From: Vairimorpha necatrix
Lineage: Eukaryota
Direction of reading: 5' to 3'
Length of the DNA: 64,000 nt
Assembly (NCBI GenBank): GCA_036630325.1
Contig: CP142732.1
Span: forward strand, 744,001-808,000
Shown here: positions 37,144 to 49,596 of the stretch, piece after piece
Numbering within the stretch: position 1 is the stretch's first letter
Layout of the letters: the number at the start of each line of letters is the position of its first letter
Translations under genes and position numbers: made by a program
Notes under the pieces: generated by a model
Seen by the model: only the letters and a program-made list of their open reading frames with translations
What the model was told of the DNA's origin: nothing
Database searches by the model: none

Positions 37144-40100
37144 TGTTGATTATAAATAATAAAATAAATAAACCCCTATTCAATGATAAATCCTTATATA
37201 AACAACATGGTGAAGAATAATGATCAACCCAGTATAAACAGGAAAAATTTATCCCAAGAATTGATGAGATATGAAATACTTTTATGGTTTAAAAAAATGG
37301 AATCATTGGATAAAATTGAGTATGTTTTGAGTAAAGCCAGTTACGAAATAATTGAATGGCACTCAGCATTTATGGAACATACAAGAAGTTCCTCTATAAC
37401 ATATGACAAGTGGAAAGAAGCACTGTATAAAGAATTTAAAGAAGATGAAATTGAACTAGTGGATGTTTACCGCTTTTTTCAGAAAAAGGACCAGAATGCA
37501 AAAGATTTCATTGACGAAGTTAAAAAGAAATCAAAAGTAGTAAAAATGGACTCAAAAGAATCTATGAAAATTGTAATGCTCGGGATAAGAAGAGAATTTC
37601 CAAATTTAAGAGCATACATAACGAGCTGTTGTTCTTTAAATGATATCGACCTTAAGCGAGTTCTAATGATGGAAAAAATTGATAAAGAATTGAACGATAA
37701 GATAAGGACTATTTTGGGAAGAGAAGAAAAAGGAAATAAGAAATCTGGTCGTAATGGTTCTAAGGAAGTTAGAAATGATATAATTAAGCAGAAATACGAT
37801 AACAAAAAGCAGCTTCAAATAAATGAAGTCTTAGAAGACTCAGAAGAGATTATCAATAAAGAGAATTTAGTTTATATCGAAGACAAAAAATTTTTAGTAG
37901 TCTTTGATACAGGATCTAACTACAATTTTATTTCTGACACAGTTAGATTAAAAGCTGGTTTAAAAAGAAGAAAAAACCATGTCAAATTGAAATTCAGAAC
38001 CTGTCTTGAGGAAACCTTTGAAGTTAAGTATCATGTTTTATGTGACGTTACTTATAAAAATACGAAATATCAGTTAAAATTTTTTATTTTACCAAAAGTA
38101 TCCAAAGAAAAAATTTTGATTGGAAAAGATGGAATTAAAGTAATGATAAACTCTAAGGATCAGTATGAATGTGAAATAAATACAAAAAAAGACGCTATAG
38201 TTGTAGAGAAAGTATTTAGCTTCCCCAAGAAATTTGAATCTGGAATGGAAGATACGATAAAAAATTTGATAAAAATGAATTATATAGGCCCATCGAAGTC
38301 TACATGGCTAAATAACATTCGCCCAGTAGTAAAACCAGATAACAGTATAAGAATAACACTTAATTTAGTTGCACTAAACAAATTGGTAGAATTAGACAAA
38401 TATAGCCTACCTAATATAGAACACTTGGTATTTAATCTGAGAGAAAAAAAATTTTTTACAAAATTGGATTTGAAAGATGGTTTCTTTAACATTCCTCTAG
38501 CGAAAAAGGATCAACATAAAACTGCTTTTCGATTTAAGCATTTCTTGTATGAATGGAAAGTAATGCCAATGGGATTTAAGAATGCCCCGGCCATATTTCA
38601 GAGATATATGGATCATGTTCTAAAAGATGAAATAGGGAAGGCGTGTATCGTTTACGTAGATGACATCTTAATTTTCGGAGAAACAAGTGAGGAACACGAT
38701 AGAAACTTATGCAGAGTAATAAAAATATTAAAGGACAACAATCTCAATATTAACGAAAAGAAAACAGTTTCAAAAGTTAATAAAATAAAATTTTTAGGAT
38801 ACAATATCGAAAGAAATAAAATATCGGCCGAAAAATCGAGAATAGAAGTTATAAACGAATTTCAAAAACCAGAGAATAAGAAAAAACTTCAAGAATTTTT
38901 AGGAATGATAAATTACAATAGAAAATTCATTCGCAATTGCGCAACGTTATGTGAGCCACTATACAATCTATTAAAGCAAGGAGTAGAATTCATATGGACA
39001 GAAAAACACCAAAACAGCTTCGAAAAATTAAAGGAGGTATTAAGTAAACAAATAGAGCTACATCAGCCGAATTACAATCTTGAATTTATCCTGGAAACAG
39101 ATGCGTCAAACACAGGTCTAGGTGCTATATTGGCCCAGATCGACAAGGGAGTCAAGGTCCCAATCGCATTTGCTTCAAGAAGTCTAAATCCTCCCGAAAG
39201 AAATTATTCAATAAGTGAAAAAGAATGTCTAGCTATGCTATGGGGAATGGAACATTTTAAATACTATCTATATGGAAAGGAATTTACTGCTATTACAGAT
39301 CACAAGGCCCTGGAAGCACTTAACAAAGGAGAAATTAAATCTCTGAGAATCCACAGATGGCTAGATCGACTTAGCAACTTTATATTTAAAGTGATTTATA
39401 GAAAAGGTGAAGAAATGTCACACGTGGACGCTCTTAGTAGGAGCTTTGAAGGAAAAGAAAATATTGTTAACGAAGTGAAGGAAAGTGAACCTATATCAGA
39501 ACAAGAAAAAATTAAATTAATATTCGAAAAGCATAAAGAAATGCTACATAGAGGTGCAAAAACAATTATTTATAATTTAGAAAACGAATATAAATGGCCT
39601 AATATCAAATCGCTAACCAACAAGGCAATAGCTGACTGTACCATATGTAAGATGTATAATCCGAAGAAAAACAAAAAATTTATATTCGTAACAGCGTATT
39701 GTCCAGGCGAAAAGGTGGGAGTAGACATATTAGGTCCTATAGACAAAAATTATATAATAACAGGATTAGATTACTACACCAGAAAGGGATTTGCTAGGTG
39801 TATTAACGATAGGTCTGGACAAAAACAGCCCAATTTATAATGGAAATTAATAAAGAGTTACCAATAAAAACTCTTGTTTTTGATTGCTCAAAAGAAAATT
39901 TAAGCAACTGTGTTAAAAATGTTGCAAATACAAATGATATCAAGTTACACTACACGACACCATTCCATCATCAATCGAACGGAAGAGTGGAAAGGTTTAA
40001 TAGAACTCTACAAGAGATGGTACATAAAAACGAAAGTGACAAGTTTTTAAAAACAAAAGTAAAGAAAGCTATTCTAATTTATAATAATTCTTATCACGTA

Positions 40101-40485
40101 GGGTTGGGATGTACACCAAACGAAGCCTTAGATAAAGAATATGCAGAAACGGTTAAAAAAACACAATTTAACAATATATTAAATTATTCAAAAGCAACAG
40201 AGAAATTGCCGAAGGAAGAGGTCTTTACTGTTGGGAATACGGTTTTAATAAAGAACGAAAACGTGACAAAGGGAAAACCGAGATATTGGAAAAAGGGTTG
40301 CATCTTAAGTGAATTGGAAGGAAATTCATATTGCATAAAAATTGGCACCAAGTCTTACAAAAGACAGACTTCGCAACTAAAAAGACTTGTGGACGAGGAG
40401 CTAATTCTATAAGGGGAGGGATGTTGATTATAAATAATAAAATAAATAAACCCCTATTCAATGATAAATCCTTATATAAACAACA
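37144..40485 (+). mobile_element. complete Ty3/gypsy retrotransposon D, 3342 bp, 64-bp LTRs
   Basis: Identical 64-bp LTRs 37144-37207 and 40422-40485; 5-bp TSD AAGAT; PBS TGGTGAAG at 37208; PPT AAGGGGAGGGA 40411-40421. Confidence 0.97.
37183..40412 (+). CDS. Gag-PR-RT-RNase H-IN polyprotein, -1 frameshift at the A5 run about 39821-39825
   Basis: FDTGSNYNFIS protease; YVDD; ETDASNTGLGA; HVDALSR; H..H..C..C; SNGRVERFN; ATG inside the LTR after CCCC. Confidence 0.92.
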
Positions 40486-41294
40486 AAGATAATAACAAAA
40501 ACAGGCGAGAAAGATCGATAGAAGTGTTTTTCACTCGCATATAATTAGCGTTTGAAAACATAATAAAAAAATAATATCCATTTGATTAAATAAAAAGGAT
40601 ATATACATTTCTTTTTTATCAAGTGATGATAAAATTTTTGCTTGCGAATTTGCGAAAAAATAATATTATTATACCAGTTTATTATTGTGCAATTTTACAA
40701 CTCTATAAAACTTTTTTTAAAATTAGTTTTATACTGAATTGGTGTTTGCTCCGTGATTACATATAACGTGTATATCTAAAGTTTTAAATCAATACATGAG
40801 AAATTGAAGTTGCTTTTTGACAGCACTGGAAATTGATTACAGGGACATTTATTCGTTCTTATAATTTCAGCATTGCATACAAACACACTTCTATCCAGCG
40901 CTGAAATTTGGTCACGGTTATCTATAGTTCGAATTAGTCAATGTTTAAATATCGTGGATTTTAAATTATCTATAATAAATTCATTGGGTTTATAAAAAAT
41001 AACTCTTTAATTATGTAGTCACGAGAGAAAATACTTATAATATTTTCGACAAAATATTTTAATCTATATACGTAATATTATTATGATTAATTGAAAATAA
41101 ATATCAAAAATCATACGTCAGTTAAAAGGGTATAAGTGTGCATTATATATATTCTATCAATTTTGTAAATCTTTATATGTTTTTAATAAAATAAAATATC
41201 CAAAGAAAATATTATAATGGTAGGTTTTTCCCATTAAAATTCTCAAATGTAAACATATATAAAAAGTATTAATAAAAATTAAAAAATTACCCTT

Positions 41295-41756
41295 ATGAGT
41301 TTTTTATGTCTATTAATACAAAGTATCCTAACAACAGAAGTCGAAGAATGTAACAATAACAAAAATACGCATCTTCTAGATGATAAGTTTGATGTTTCAA
41401 CTGCTGAAAAAACGAATATAGATCCTGATGATAGTAGACAAGAAAAAGAAATAGGACAATCTAGGGTTGTAAACGGAGCTGCACAAATTTCAATTGAGGA
41501 AACGATTTTGCAGAAAAGAAATAATATCGACGAAAACAATTGTAAAGGCGTATTGGTTAATTTCTACAATAAAAAGAATTATATTGAGACCAGTCCTTTA
41601 TTGAAAACCGAATACAAGAAAAAAAAGATAAACAAACAACGTCGTCGCTTCACAAAATTTTTATACGGGAATTATGGGCTTACAGTCATTGTTCTAATAA
41701 TTTTTGGTACGTTTGTAGCTGGTATGTTTTCTGGAATATATATTATGCAAATTTAA
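41295..41756 (+). CDS. orphan signal-peptide plus C-terminal TM protein, divergent family member 4
   Basis: CCCTT-ATG; MSFLCLLIQSILTT; basic patch followed by TM; same size, strand and layout as members 1-3, with weak sequence similarity. Confidence 0.72.
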   Translation: MSFLCLLIQSILTTEVEECNNNKNTHLLDDKFDVSTAEKTNIDPDDSRQEKEIGQSRVVNGAAQISIEETILQKRNNIDENNCKGVLVNFYNKKNYIETSPLLKTEYKKKKINKQRRRFTKFLYGNYGLTVIVLIIFGTFVAGMFSGIYIMQI

Positions 41757-43777
41757 CATATTAAATTTGTGTTTCGGAAACTCAATTTATAAATCAAATA
41801 TATCTCTCATTTTAAAATAATGGATTGACCGAATTTCGATTTGAAGTTATTAAATAAATTTTTTTTTTCAATAATGACTTTTTCTATTTCTAATAGACAT
41901 AGGTTTTATTGCTACATAAAATCTAATGGCATTACTTTGTAAATAAGTTTTTTTAAATATTAAATTTAAAATACGCATTAGGTGTATTTAGAAAACAATT
42001 TTTTGGCCATTAATTTTAATTAAATATAACACTTGTATTCTTTTTTTCAATAAAATTTTTAAGCAATTTAATTAATATCATAGCTACATCTAAGTCCCAA
42101 TTTGCGACCTGTAAAGAGATCAGGTCTAAAAATCGCATTTTTATTCTCTGATATCATAAATTATATAGAAAGGTTCTTTGATTTTCATTCAATACTTTTA
42201 TTTAGATATAGACATCAAATTTGGTGACTACTTCAGTCTTTTTCTATATATTACGTGAGGTTTGATTTTTATAACTACTTTTTTATAAAATTTGACATTA
42301 AAGTCTTTTAAACTACTTTTATAATAATTAATATTCATTCGGTGCACTGGATTACAAAACCAATAAAACAAATGATTGAAATTACTATTATTAATCGAAT
42401 ATATCGAAGAGTCTTTGCTGTTTATGGATCACTTTTTTATACATATATGAGTTTGATGCACCAATAGCTAAAATGTTTTCTAACACTAAGATATGTTGAA
42501 TCTTCAAGTGATGAAACATGTACCTTGTAATTTTTAATTTATATAAATAAATACATGTGCATACGGCTGCCGAAATTTAAGTCTGGTCTAGAAAAACTCA
42601 TCAGATTTGCAAAAATGAACATTCGGTGCTTCTTTGACGTGTTTAACAATATGATATGTGGTTTAAAAAGACTTAAGGGGTACATTTAGTAGGATATTTA
42701 AAACTAATACTAGGCGTGAAGTTCAGAACCAAGATGTCTTATATACTAAAACATACCTTGCTTTGATGTACGCTCAACGAAACTTTAATGATAAGATCCC
42801 AAGACAATCTAGGATTTTGGGCTAGTGGTGGATTTCTTGTGATGATTACTTTACAAACGCAGTTAAATAAGCGATTAAAAAAAATATAAATTGTCTCGTC
42901 ATAGTCAGTTAATTCGTACAATAAATATATAATGCATGGTTAATTTAGACGTGATATTAATATCAACACTAATCAATTTAATTAATATAAATGCAAATGT
43001 CAACACTATCGATCTATTAAGTTTGATAGAGTGGTCTAAATGAGTATGAATCATACAGTGTAATTTGGAAATTACTATAGTCCCTAATTCTTTTGATTTC
43101 TATGTAAAGTCTATATCTTTTACTCGCCAAAAAATTATTTAAAATTTGGATTTAATACATTATATAATATAAACTTGTAAATTTGCCCAAAAAATATTAC
43201 AACAATATTCTAGTGTTATTCCGAAATGGTTTTCTTTATTGTTTTTCAGATGATCGATAGCAAAAGATTTTTTATAAATTTTTTTCGTTCAATGTTATTT
43301 TTATTTTGTAACTTATATCGTGCGAGAAAATTAGCGATTAAAGTCATACAAAGATTAGACAAAGGCCTTTATATGTGGAAGACGATTATAAGTACTGAGC
43401 TTGGTTGAGTGTTACTTTATCACAAGTCGAATCCACGTATAACACACTAAAAACAAATTTAGACATCTACATAAAATAAAAGATTTTTTGTGAGTTTTTT
43501 ATATTTTACCTATTAATTAAGTTTAAAAAAAAATAAAAATTTTTTCAAATTTTTTTTTTACATACAGAGTCATAAAAATGATAAAAAGAGTTTTAACTGA
43601 TCCGTAAAATGTTGATAAACATTATAAAGCTCGTTTTATCATTATAAAGAGTCTCTTTCAAATGTAATTTGCAACTTTTTCATAAATAAAACATTTTTTA
43701 TAATTTTTTACCAAATACAATTAATCAAATTTTTTTTATAAAATACTTAAAATTTTCTATATTTTTGTATTTTATTT

Positions 43778-45277
43778 TTATTGTTGATTTATAAATTGTA
43801 GTTTATTTATCATTTGTATCTTGTAATTATTGATTTCTCTGTCGTTCAATAATAAATCTCTCTGTCTGTATAGAATAAGATCAAGAAATTTGATAATTAT
43901 TATTTCAGGTATGACTGTCAATTCTAAAATATTATCCAGTATTAGATTTATAAAATGCGCAGTATAGTGATGATTTATAAAAAATAGTATTTCATCTATC
44001 GTCAATTTCTCTGTTTCTAAGGTTAATTTGTCAAATACCATTAAATATTCACCCAATGGCGAATTTAGAAATTCTTCAGTGAAATGTTTTTTCGCCTTTG
44101 AAAGATTTAACAGTAAAAATTTTACGAATTCTGACGATATTTCGTAATTTTTTATTTTCCTCGTATTTATAAAATTCAAGTAATTTAAAAAATCTCCCGT
44201 TTTTAAAAGACTGCTAGCGTAAGTTTTGAATAATCCATCAAGACTAAGATCATTTCTATTGGCGTATCTAAATAAAAAATCAAATATAACAGGATTCATT
44301 TCTAATTTAGAAATTATAGAATTAAAATAATGATCGGAATACATTGTAAATGAAAAATAATCTAGAGAAACTTGCCAATCTACATCAAATAAATTTAAAC
44401 CAATAGAAATTATTGATTCATATATATCCGATCTATCGTCTAATTTATATATTAAACAATATATTAATTTTGTCCACCCAGATGCATTTTTAATTAGCGA
44501 ATTGTAATCATTTATCAAAATAAAATATAATTCATCGTTTTCTGGTATTAAATTTCTGATATTTTTGATAGTGTCTTCTAAATTGTCATTTGTATTTCCA
44601 TAGGCTAATTTGTAACATAAAATTTCTGTCCAGTGAAATTCCGCACTAAAATCTTTCATAAAAATTTTACGAATTTTTGGCGGAATAATATTTTTATATT
44701 TCTGTTCCCATTCGTCTTTAAACAATTTATATTTCGTATCAGAAATTTTTTTATTTCTAAAATGTGACTCAATTTTAGAAATTTCTTCAAAAGCTTCTCT
44801 ACATTCGGGATATAATTTGACTAAATTGCCAATATTTCCCCTCATAGCATGTAAAATTTCATTTTCATCTTTAAGTAATGAATTAGAATTTAGCCAAGTA
44901 TTTAAAATGTAAAATGGACTTAATCTCTCATTTTTTACTAGTGCAATCAAATGCAACAAAGAATGAAGATTTTCTAATATTTTTTTATTTTCTTTTGGTG
45001 AGTCATCAAGATTTGATATTATCAGAAATCTCAAATCATCCAGTAAATTCATTCTAGAAGATTGTAATCTTAGATTTTCGGACGAATTTGATAATTTTAG
45101 AAATTCTTGTAGAATTTTTAAAGATTGTTTTTCTTGACAACCAACTTCTTTAAAAAATTTCGAAATTAGTTCCAATGTTTGGGAATAAAAATAAATCATT
45201 GATGTATCAGTTTTGACGTTGGTAAATGTTTTGGTTTTTTTGTTCCAAGATGGTGTTACATTCAAAATTGAGAACAT
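43778..45277 (-). CDS. alpha-helical protein, probable nucleoporin Nup85-like
   Basis: 499-aa ORF with CCC before the ATG; HWTEIL and DWQVSLDYF resemble the Nup85 LWQVGVDY motif (product assignment tentative). Confidence 0.6.
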   Translation of the reverse strand: MFSILNVTPSWNKKTKTFTNVKTDTSMIYFYSQTLELISKFFKEVGCQEKQSLKILQEFLKLSNSSENLRLQSSRMNLLDDLRFLIISNLDDSPKENKKILENLHSLLHLIALVKNERLSPFYILNTWLNSNSLLKDENEILHAMRGNIGNLVKLYPECREAFEEISKIESHFRNKKISDTKYKLFKDEWEQKYKNIIPPKIRKIFMKDFSAEFHWTEILCYKLAYGNTNDNLEDTIKNIRNLIPENDELYFILINDYNSLIKNASGWTKLIYCLIYKLDDRSDIYESIISIGLNLFDVDWQVSLDYFSFTMYSDHYFNSIISKLEMNPVIFDFLFRYANRNDLSLDGLFKTYASSLLKTGDFLNYLNFINTRKIKNYEISSEFVKFLLLNLSKAKKHFTEEFLNSPLGEYLMVFDKLTLETEKLTIDEILFFINHHYTAHFINLILDNILELTVIPEIIIIKFLDLILYRQRDLLLNDREINNYKIQMINKLQFINQQ

Positions 45278-46745
45278 TTTAGGGCGTCAATAATTTCATT
45301 TTTATTTTTTGATGTGTCAAATATATCACTTAAATTAAAAAAAAAACAAAAACAAAAACAAAAACATTTATTTTGGCGGGGGCTACTAAATAAAAAAATT
45401 ATTTTTCAAATATTTATCATTAAATTCATTCACGATGAAATTTCAATTTTAAATAACATTATTATTTCACTGGCTTCCTTTGTGTAAGTGCTTATTTTTG
45501 TATTAACCCCACCCCTTTCCTTGTTTGCAAGTATATATTATAGACTAACACAATAAGATTTGAACGTAATAAATTAAAATTCCATAAGCTTTATATGTTT
45601 TACTTGGGCATATAAAGAAGCAAATGTTTTTAGCTCTTAAGTACTATAAGTTTGTTATTTAGTTAATGATTGGGATTCCATATAAGTTAGTGCCGAAACT
45701 TAGTCCATTTACTATTGGCAAATGGCGTTGTTTTGAAACATGTAACAAAATTATTTAAATAGCTTATCAATAGGTAAAACGAATTGATTTTGAACCAATA
45801 TAAACCAACCCTAAAACATAATTAAGTTTTATGCTCTGTTATGCTTAGAAACCGGTATACACTTTTTTAACGAATTTTTTTTCCGTACCCATTTCCTTTT
45901 GCTACTTTATGTCCAACGTTGTATTTATGCTTTCTATATTTACTTTTTTTTATTTATGGTTTTTGTTTTTTCCCACGTGGTTTTTTTATTGTCTTATGTT
46001 TTTCAAATTCGATTTAGATCTCTCAATATGTGCCAGCTTAGTGTATTGCTCAAATTTCATATTGTTTTACAATTGCAATATTGAATATCTTTGTCTTCTC
46101 TATAGAGCCATCTTAAGCATCTAGTTTGCACATGTGTTTATGTTTAATTTATACTATCAAGGCTTTGTCGTTATTATTATTAGTTTAATAATATAAGGAC
46201 AACTTTATAAATCCAAAATTAAAGTTTTTCGTAGTAAATCTTTCGATTTCTTTTTGTAAAATTTATTTATCTAGATTTTGTTGTATCTTTGTTTGCTTTG
46301 TCAAGACAAGAAGCTTATTTGCTTTATTTAATCTTACTCTTACATTCACATCACGTTTTGCATTTTATTTGATTATTTCGTCGGAATAAATTCCATTTTG
46401 TTTTACTTTTCACAGGATACTCCCACTTTCTTTGGTATCAGCCAATAAAATTCCTGCATAAGCATCTCAATAGCTTCACCTAGTTAGTATCAAGCTTACT
46501 TACATTTGATACAACTAGGCTTCCTAATTAACAGCTATGTATGTGCTTCCATTCGGGCCTAATTACTGCTCTGTTGTTTTGTACATTTTTATTTTAATTA
46601 TGCTTGGATTTGTTAATTTCATATTTATTTAAAATAACTTGTCTATTTAAAAAATATTTCTACATTTTTTATCATTGTAAATTATATATAAAATAATGCA
46701 CTAACAATAGGAGAAGTCAAATAACTTTAAAAAAAAATCAAATAT

Positions 46746-48836
46746 TTATTTTAAACTTATCGTCTTGTTCAATACAATATTATCACTCGTAGAATCAGGA
46801 TCAACACAAAAATAGCCTATTCTTTGGAATTGGAATTTATCTTCAATTTGACATCCTTCAATTCTACTGTCACAATACCCATGAATAACTTTCTTACTGT
46901 CAAGATTAAGATTTTCTAGATAATTTTCTTCCTCGGGATTATAAGACTTGAAAAGTTGATCATAAATTCGCAATTCGACTTTTTTACTATCACAGGGAAC
47001 CCAGTGAATATATTTTTGACATTTTTCTTCTGTCATCTCAGCGATGATCATTTCATTTTCAAATTTGACAAATTTGATATTTCCGACTAAATGAAGGCCA
47101 ACAGGCTGGCTGGGCGTAAATCTTAAGAAATCTGAATCTGCCTCCATTTTAAAGTCAGATTTCTCTATGTAAATAAAAGGCTTAAATATTATTTCGCTAT
47201 TTTTTTCGTCATTTGTTTTTATCTTTTTTTCTGTTATATTTCTTATATTTACTTTTATTGGGTCAGTTACACACATGACTCGTCTACTTGTTCTATTTAA
47301 TTCGTCTCTAATAAAACTCTCAAACATTTTATTGTCAATTATAGTCTCAGAATATGTCAAGCCGAGACTCCTTACGAAGTTATTTATAGCCTGCGCAGGG
47401 ATGCCTCGTCTTCTCATTCCTTTGATCGTATAAAGTCGCGGGTCGTCGAGTTTTATTCCATATTTCTCAAGTGGCACTATTTTCCTTTTACTTAAAACTG
47501 TATTACTAATATTTAATCTACTAAATTCCCATTGTACTGGTTTATACAATTCTAATTCATCAAGAAGCCAATTATAACTTTCTTGTCTTGTAAAAAACTC
47601 TCTAGTGCAGAAAGAATGTGTAACATCTTCTAATGAGTCAGAAACACATAAAGCGAATTCATACGACGGGTATAAATTATATTTATCTTTTGTGACTACA
47701 TGATCACTGTCAATAATACGCATACCCACTAAATCAAACATTAAAGGATTTTTACTACTAAGATTCATTTTAAATCTTAGCGTGTAATCTCCTTCTTTAT
47801 ATTTTTTATCAATCATCTCTTTAAAAATTTTTAAATTTTCAGAAATGGGTCTATTTCTATGGGGACTGAGAATCAAAGAAAGTTCTTCAATATTTTTTTT
47901 AGAATCATTTTCAAAAGATTCTGAAAGTAATCGTCTTCTTCTTTTTACTTCTTCATTTGATAAGTCGCAAATATACGCTTTATTTTTTAATATTAATTTT
48001 TCAGCAAATTCTATCATTTTTTCAAAATATTTACTAGATGACGTAATTTGATAAGGCGTAAAACCAAGCCACTTGACATCTTCTAAAATCGAATCAAAAT
48101 AGAAATCTTCTTCGTTTCTTGGATTTGTATCATCAAATCTTAAGTAACAAATTCCATTATATTTTTCAGCGTATCCAAAATCCAAATTAATAGCCTTTGC
48201 ATGGCCAATGTGCAATATGCCATTTGGTTCTGGTGGAAATCGTGTAACAACTTTACCAAAAGTTCTTTCTAGGTGTTCTTTCATAATTTTTTCATTTATT
48301 TGTGGATTTTCTCCTGGCTTGTGTAAAAGAGAAATTTCACCTTCTTCAAGCCAGTCTTTACTTTTTTTCTGTTTTGTTGATTCATCAAATGCAAATTTGT
48401 TTACTTCATCCATGACTTCTTTAGAATCTTCAAAAGGTAAATCATTTTTTAGTTTTATAAGGACTTCTTTTCTTGTTAATCCTGATTTACAAGTGTTTTT
48501 TATGAGATTTTTTACTTCTTCTTTTGATTTTGTATTTTTTTTGATAAAATTTTTTATTTCTAAAAAATTCATTTTTTCATTTTTACTGACCAGTTTTAGA
48601 ATCGCGCGGAGTGTCGATTCGTTTGTTATTGTGTTTTCAAATATTAATTTTCCTATAAGTAATAAATCTATTTTTTTTGGAGCAGTACAAGCCAGAGTAT
48701 AGAGAAGTTTATTATCAATATCATAATTTGTATATAAAAGTTCTAGATTTCTTTTTAATTGTTCTTTTTTTAGAATATTTTCTTGTTTATTTTTGTCAAT
48801 ATTAAGTTTTGCCAGTAATTCTTCGACGTTGAACAT
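46746..48836 (-). CDS. GLN4: glutaminyl-tRNA synthetase
   Basis: TRFPPEPNGILHIGHAKA, RFDDTNP, THSFCTREF, VLSKRK, FQFQRIGYF; start moved to CCCTTTT-ATG at 48836. Confidence 0.95.
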   Translation of the reverse strand: MFNVEELLAKLNIDKNKQENILKKEQLKRNLELLYTNYDIDNKLLYTLACTAPKKIDLLLIGKLIFENTITNESTLRAILKLVSKNEKMNFLEIKNFIKKNTKSKEEVKNLIKNTCKSGLTRKEVLIKLKNDLPFEDSKEVMDEVNKFAFDESTKQKKSKDWLEEGEISLLHKPGENPQINEKIMKEHLERTFGKVVTRFPPEPNGILHIGHAKAINLDFGYAEKYNGICYLRFDDTNPRNEEDFYFDSILEDVKWLGFTPYQITSSSKYFEKMIEFAEKLILKNKAYICDLSNEEVKRRRRLLSESFENDSKKNIEELSLILSPHRNRPISENLKIFKEMIDKKYKEGDYTLRFKMNLSSKNPLMFDLVGMRIIDSDHVVTKDKYNLYPSYEFALCVSDSLEDVTHSFCTREFFTRQESYNWLLDELELYKPVQWEFSRLNISNTVLSKRKIVPLEKYGIKLDDPRLYTIKGMRRRGIPAQAINNFVRSLGLTYSETIIDNKMFESFIRDELNRTSRRVMCVTDPIKVNIRNITEKKIKTNDEKNSEIIFKPFIYIEKSDFKMEADSDFLRFTPSQPVGLHLVGNIKFVKFENEMIIAEMTEEKCQKYIHWVPCDSKKVELRIYDQLFKSYNPEEENYLENLNLDSKKVIHGYCDSRIEGCQIEDKFQFQRIGYFCVDPDSTSDNIVLNKTISLK

Positions 48837-48945
48837 AAAAGGGCAGTATAAAAAGATGATTTTTAATATTTTAATTATGAAGCAGAACATTTTTATACAT
48901 AGTAATATATAAATTATATTTTTTTAAATACATAGAAATATTTAT

Positions 48946-49596
48946 TTATGTACTGTTTAATATTTTATCTCCAGAATAAAAAAATCTTTGTACTCCTTCT
49001 CTCGTAATAGAAGCCATTCTTATGCACCCACCAGAAGCATTGTCTCTTTTTATAGCACAAGTTACTGCCAATTTTACAAATTCTATAGCTTCTTCTAAAT
49101 TCATATTTGGTTTAAATGTTGTGTCACAGAGCCCGTAAATGTAGGCGGAGCCTGAGCCTCCAATTTGCCACTCTGCTTCGGTCATCGTCCCGCCCAAGGA
49201 AATATTGAAGATACTCGGCTCAGTGTCGTATCCCGCTATTATTAGACCGGCCAGCATGTTAGGGTATCTATAAATGATATCTTTGGCAGCCATGGCTGCC
49301 TTCTTTACAGAAGGAATCTCTTTGTCAATAAATGAGCTTCTTTGTACTAATTCAGTAATGTATTGAGTAATGGCCTGGGTATCTGCGGCACTACCCGATC
49401 TACAACAATAAATGTTGTCTGATATTTTAGTCAACTTGTCAGTGAATCTACTGGACACATAAGTGCCCATGGAAGTTCTACAGTCGGCTCCTATAAGAAT
49501 GCCATCTGCATATTTTACAGCCATAATTGTAGTACCAGTCATTTCAGGCAGATTAGGCGAGAAGCCCTCGTTGTTTTTATTGTCATAGGCGACCAT
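48946..49596 (-). CDS. PRE3: 20S proteasome subunit beta-1
   Basis: Propeptide then G/TTIMAV, GADCRTS, CRSGSAADTQ, IGGSGSAYIYG, RDNASGG. Confidence 0.95.
   Translation of the reverse strand: MVAYDNKNNEGFSPNLPEMTGTTIMAVKYADGILIGADCRTSMGTYVSSRFTDKLTKISDNIYCCRSGSAADTQAITQYITELVQRSSFIDKEIPSVKKAAMAAKDIIYRYPNMLAGLIIAGYDTEPSIFNISLGGTMTEAEWQIGGSGSAYIYGLCDTTFKPNMNLEEAIEFVKLAVTCAIKRDNASGGCIRMASITREGVQRFFYSGDKILNST

Noticed and set aside
42050-43450. Possible decayed coding sequence
   Set aside because: Only short fragments, no family recognised.
45400-46700. Large spacer between the Nup85-like gene and GlnRS as a gene or ncRNA
   Set aside because: No ORF with motifs and no recognisable RNA structure; possibly decayed TE, but this cannot be supported.
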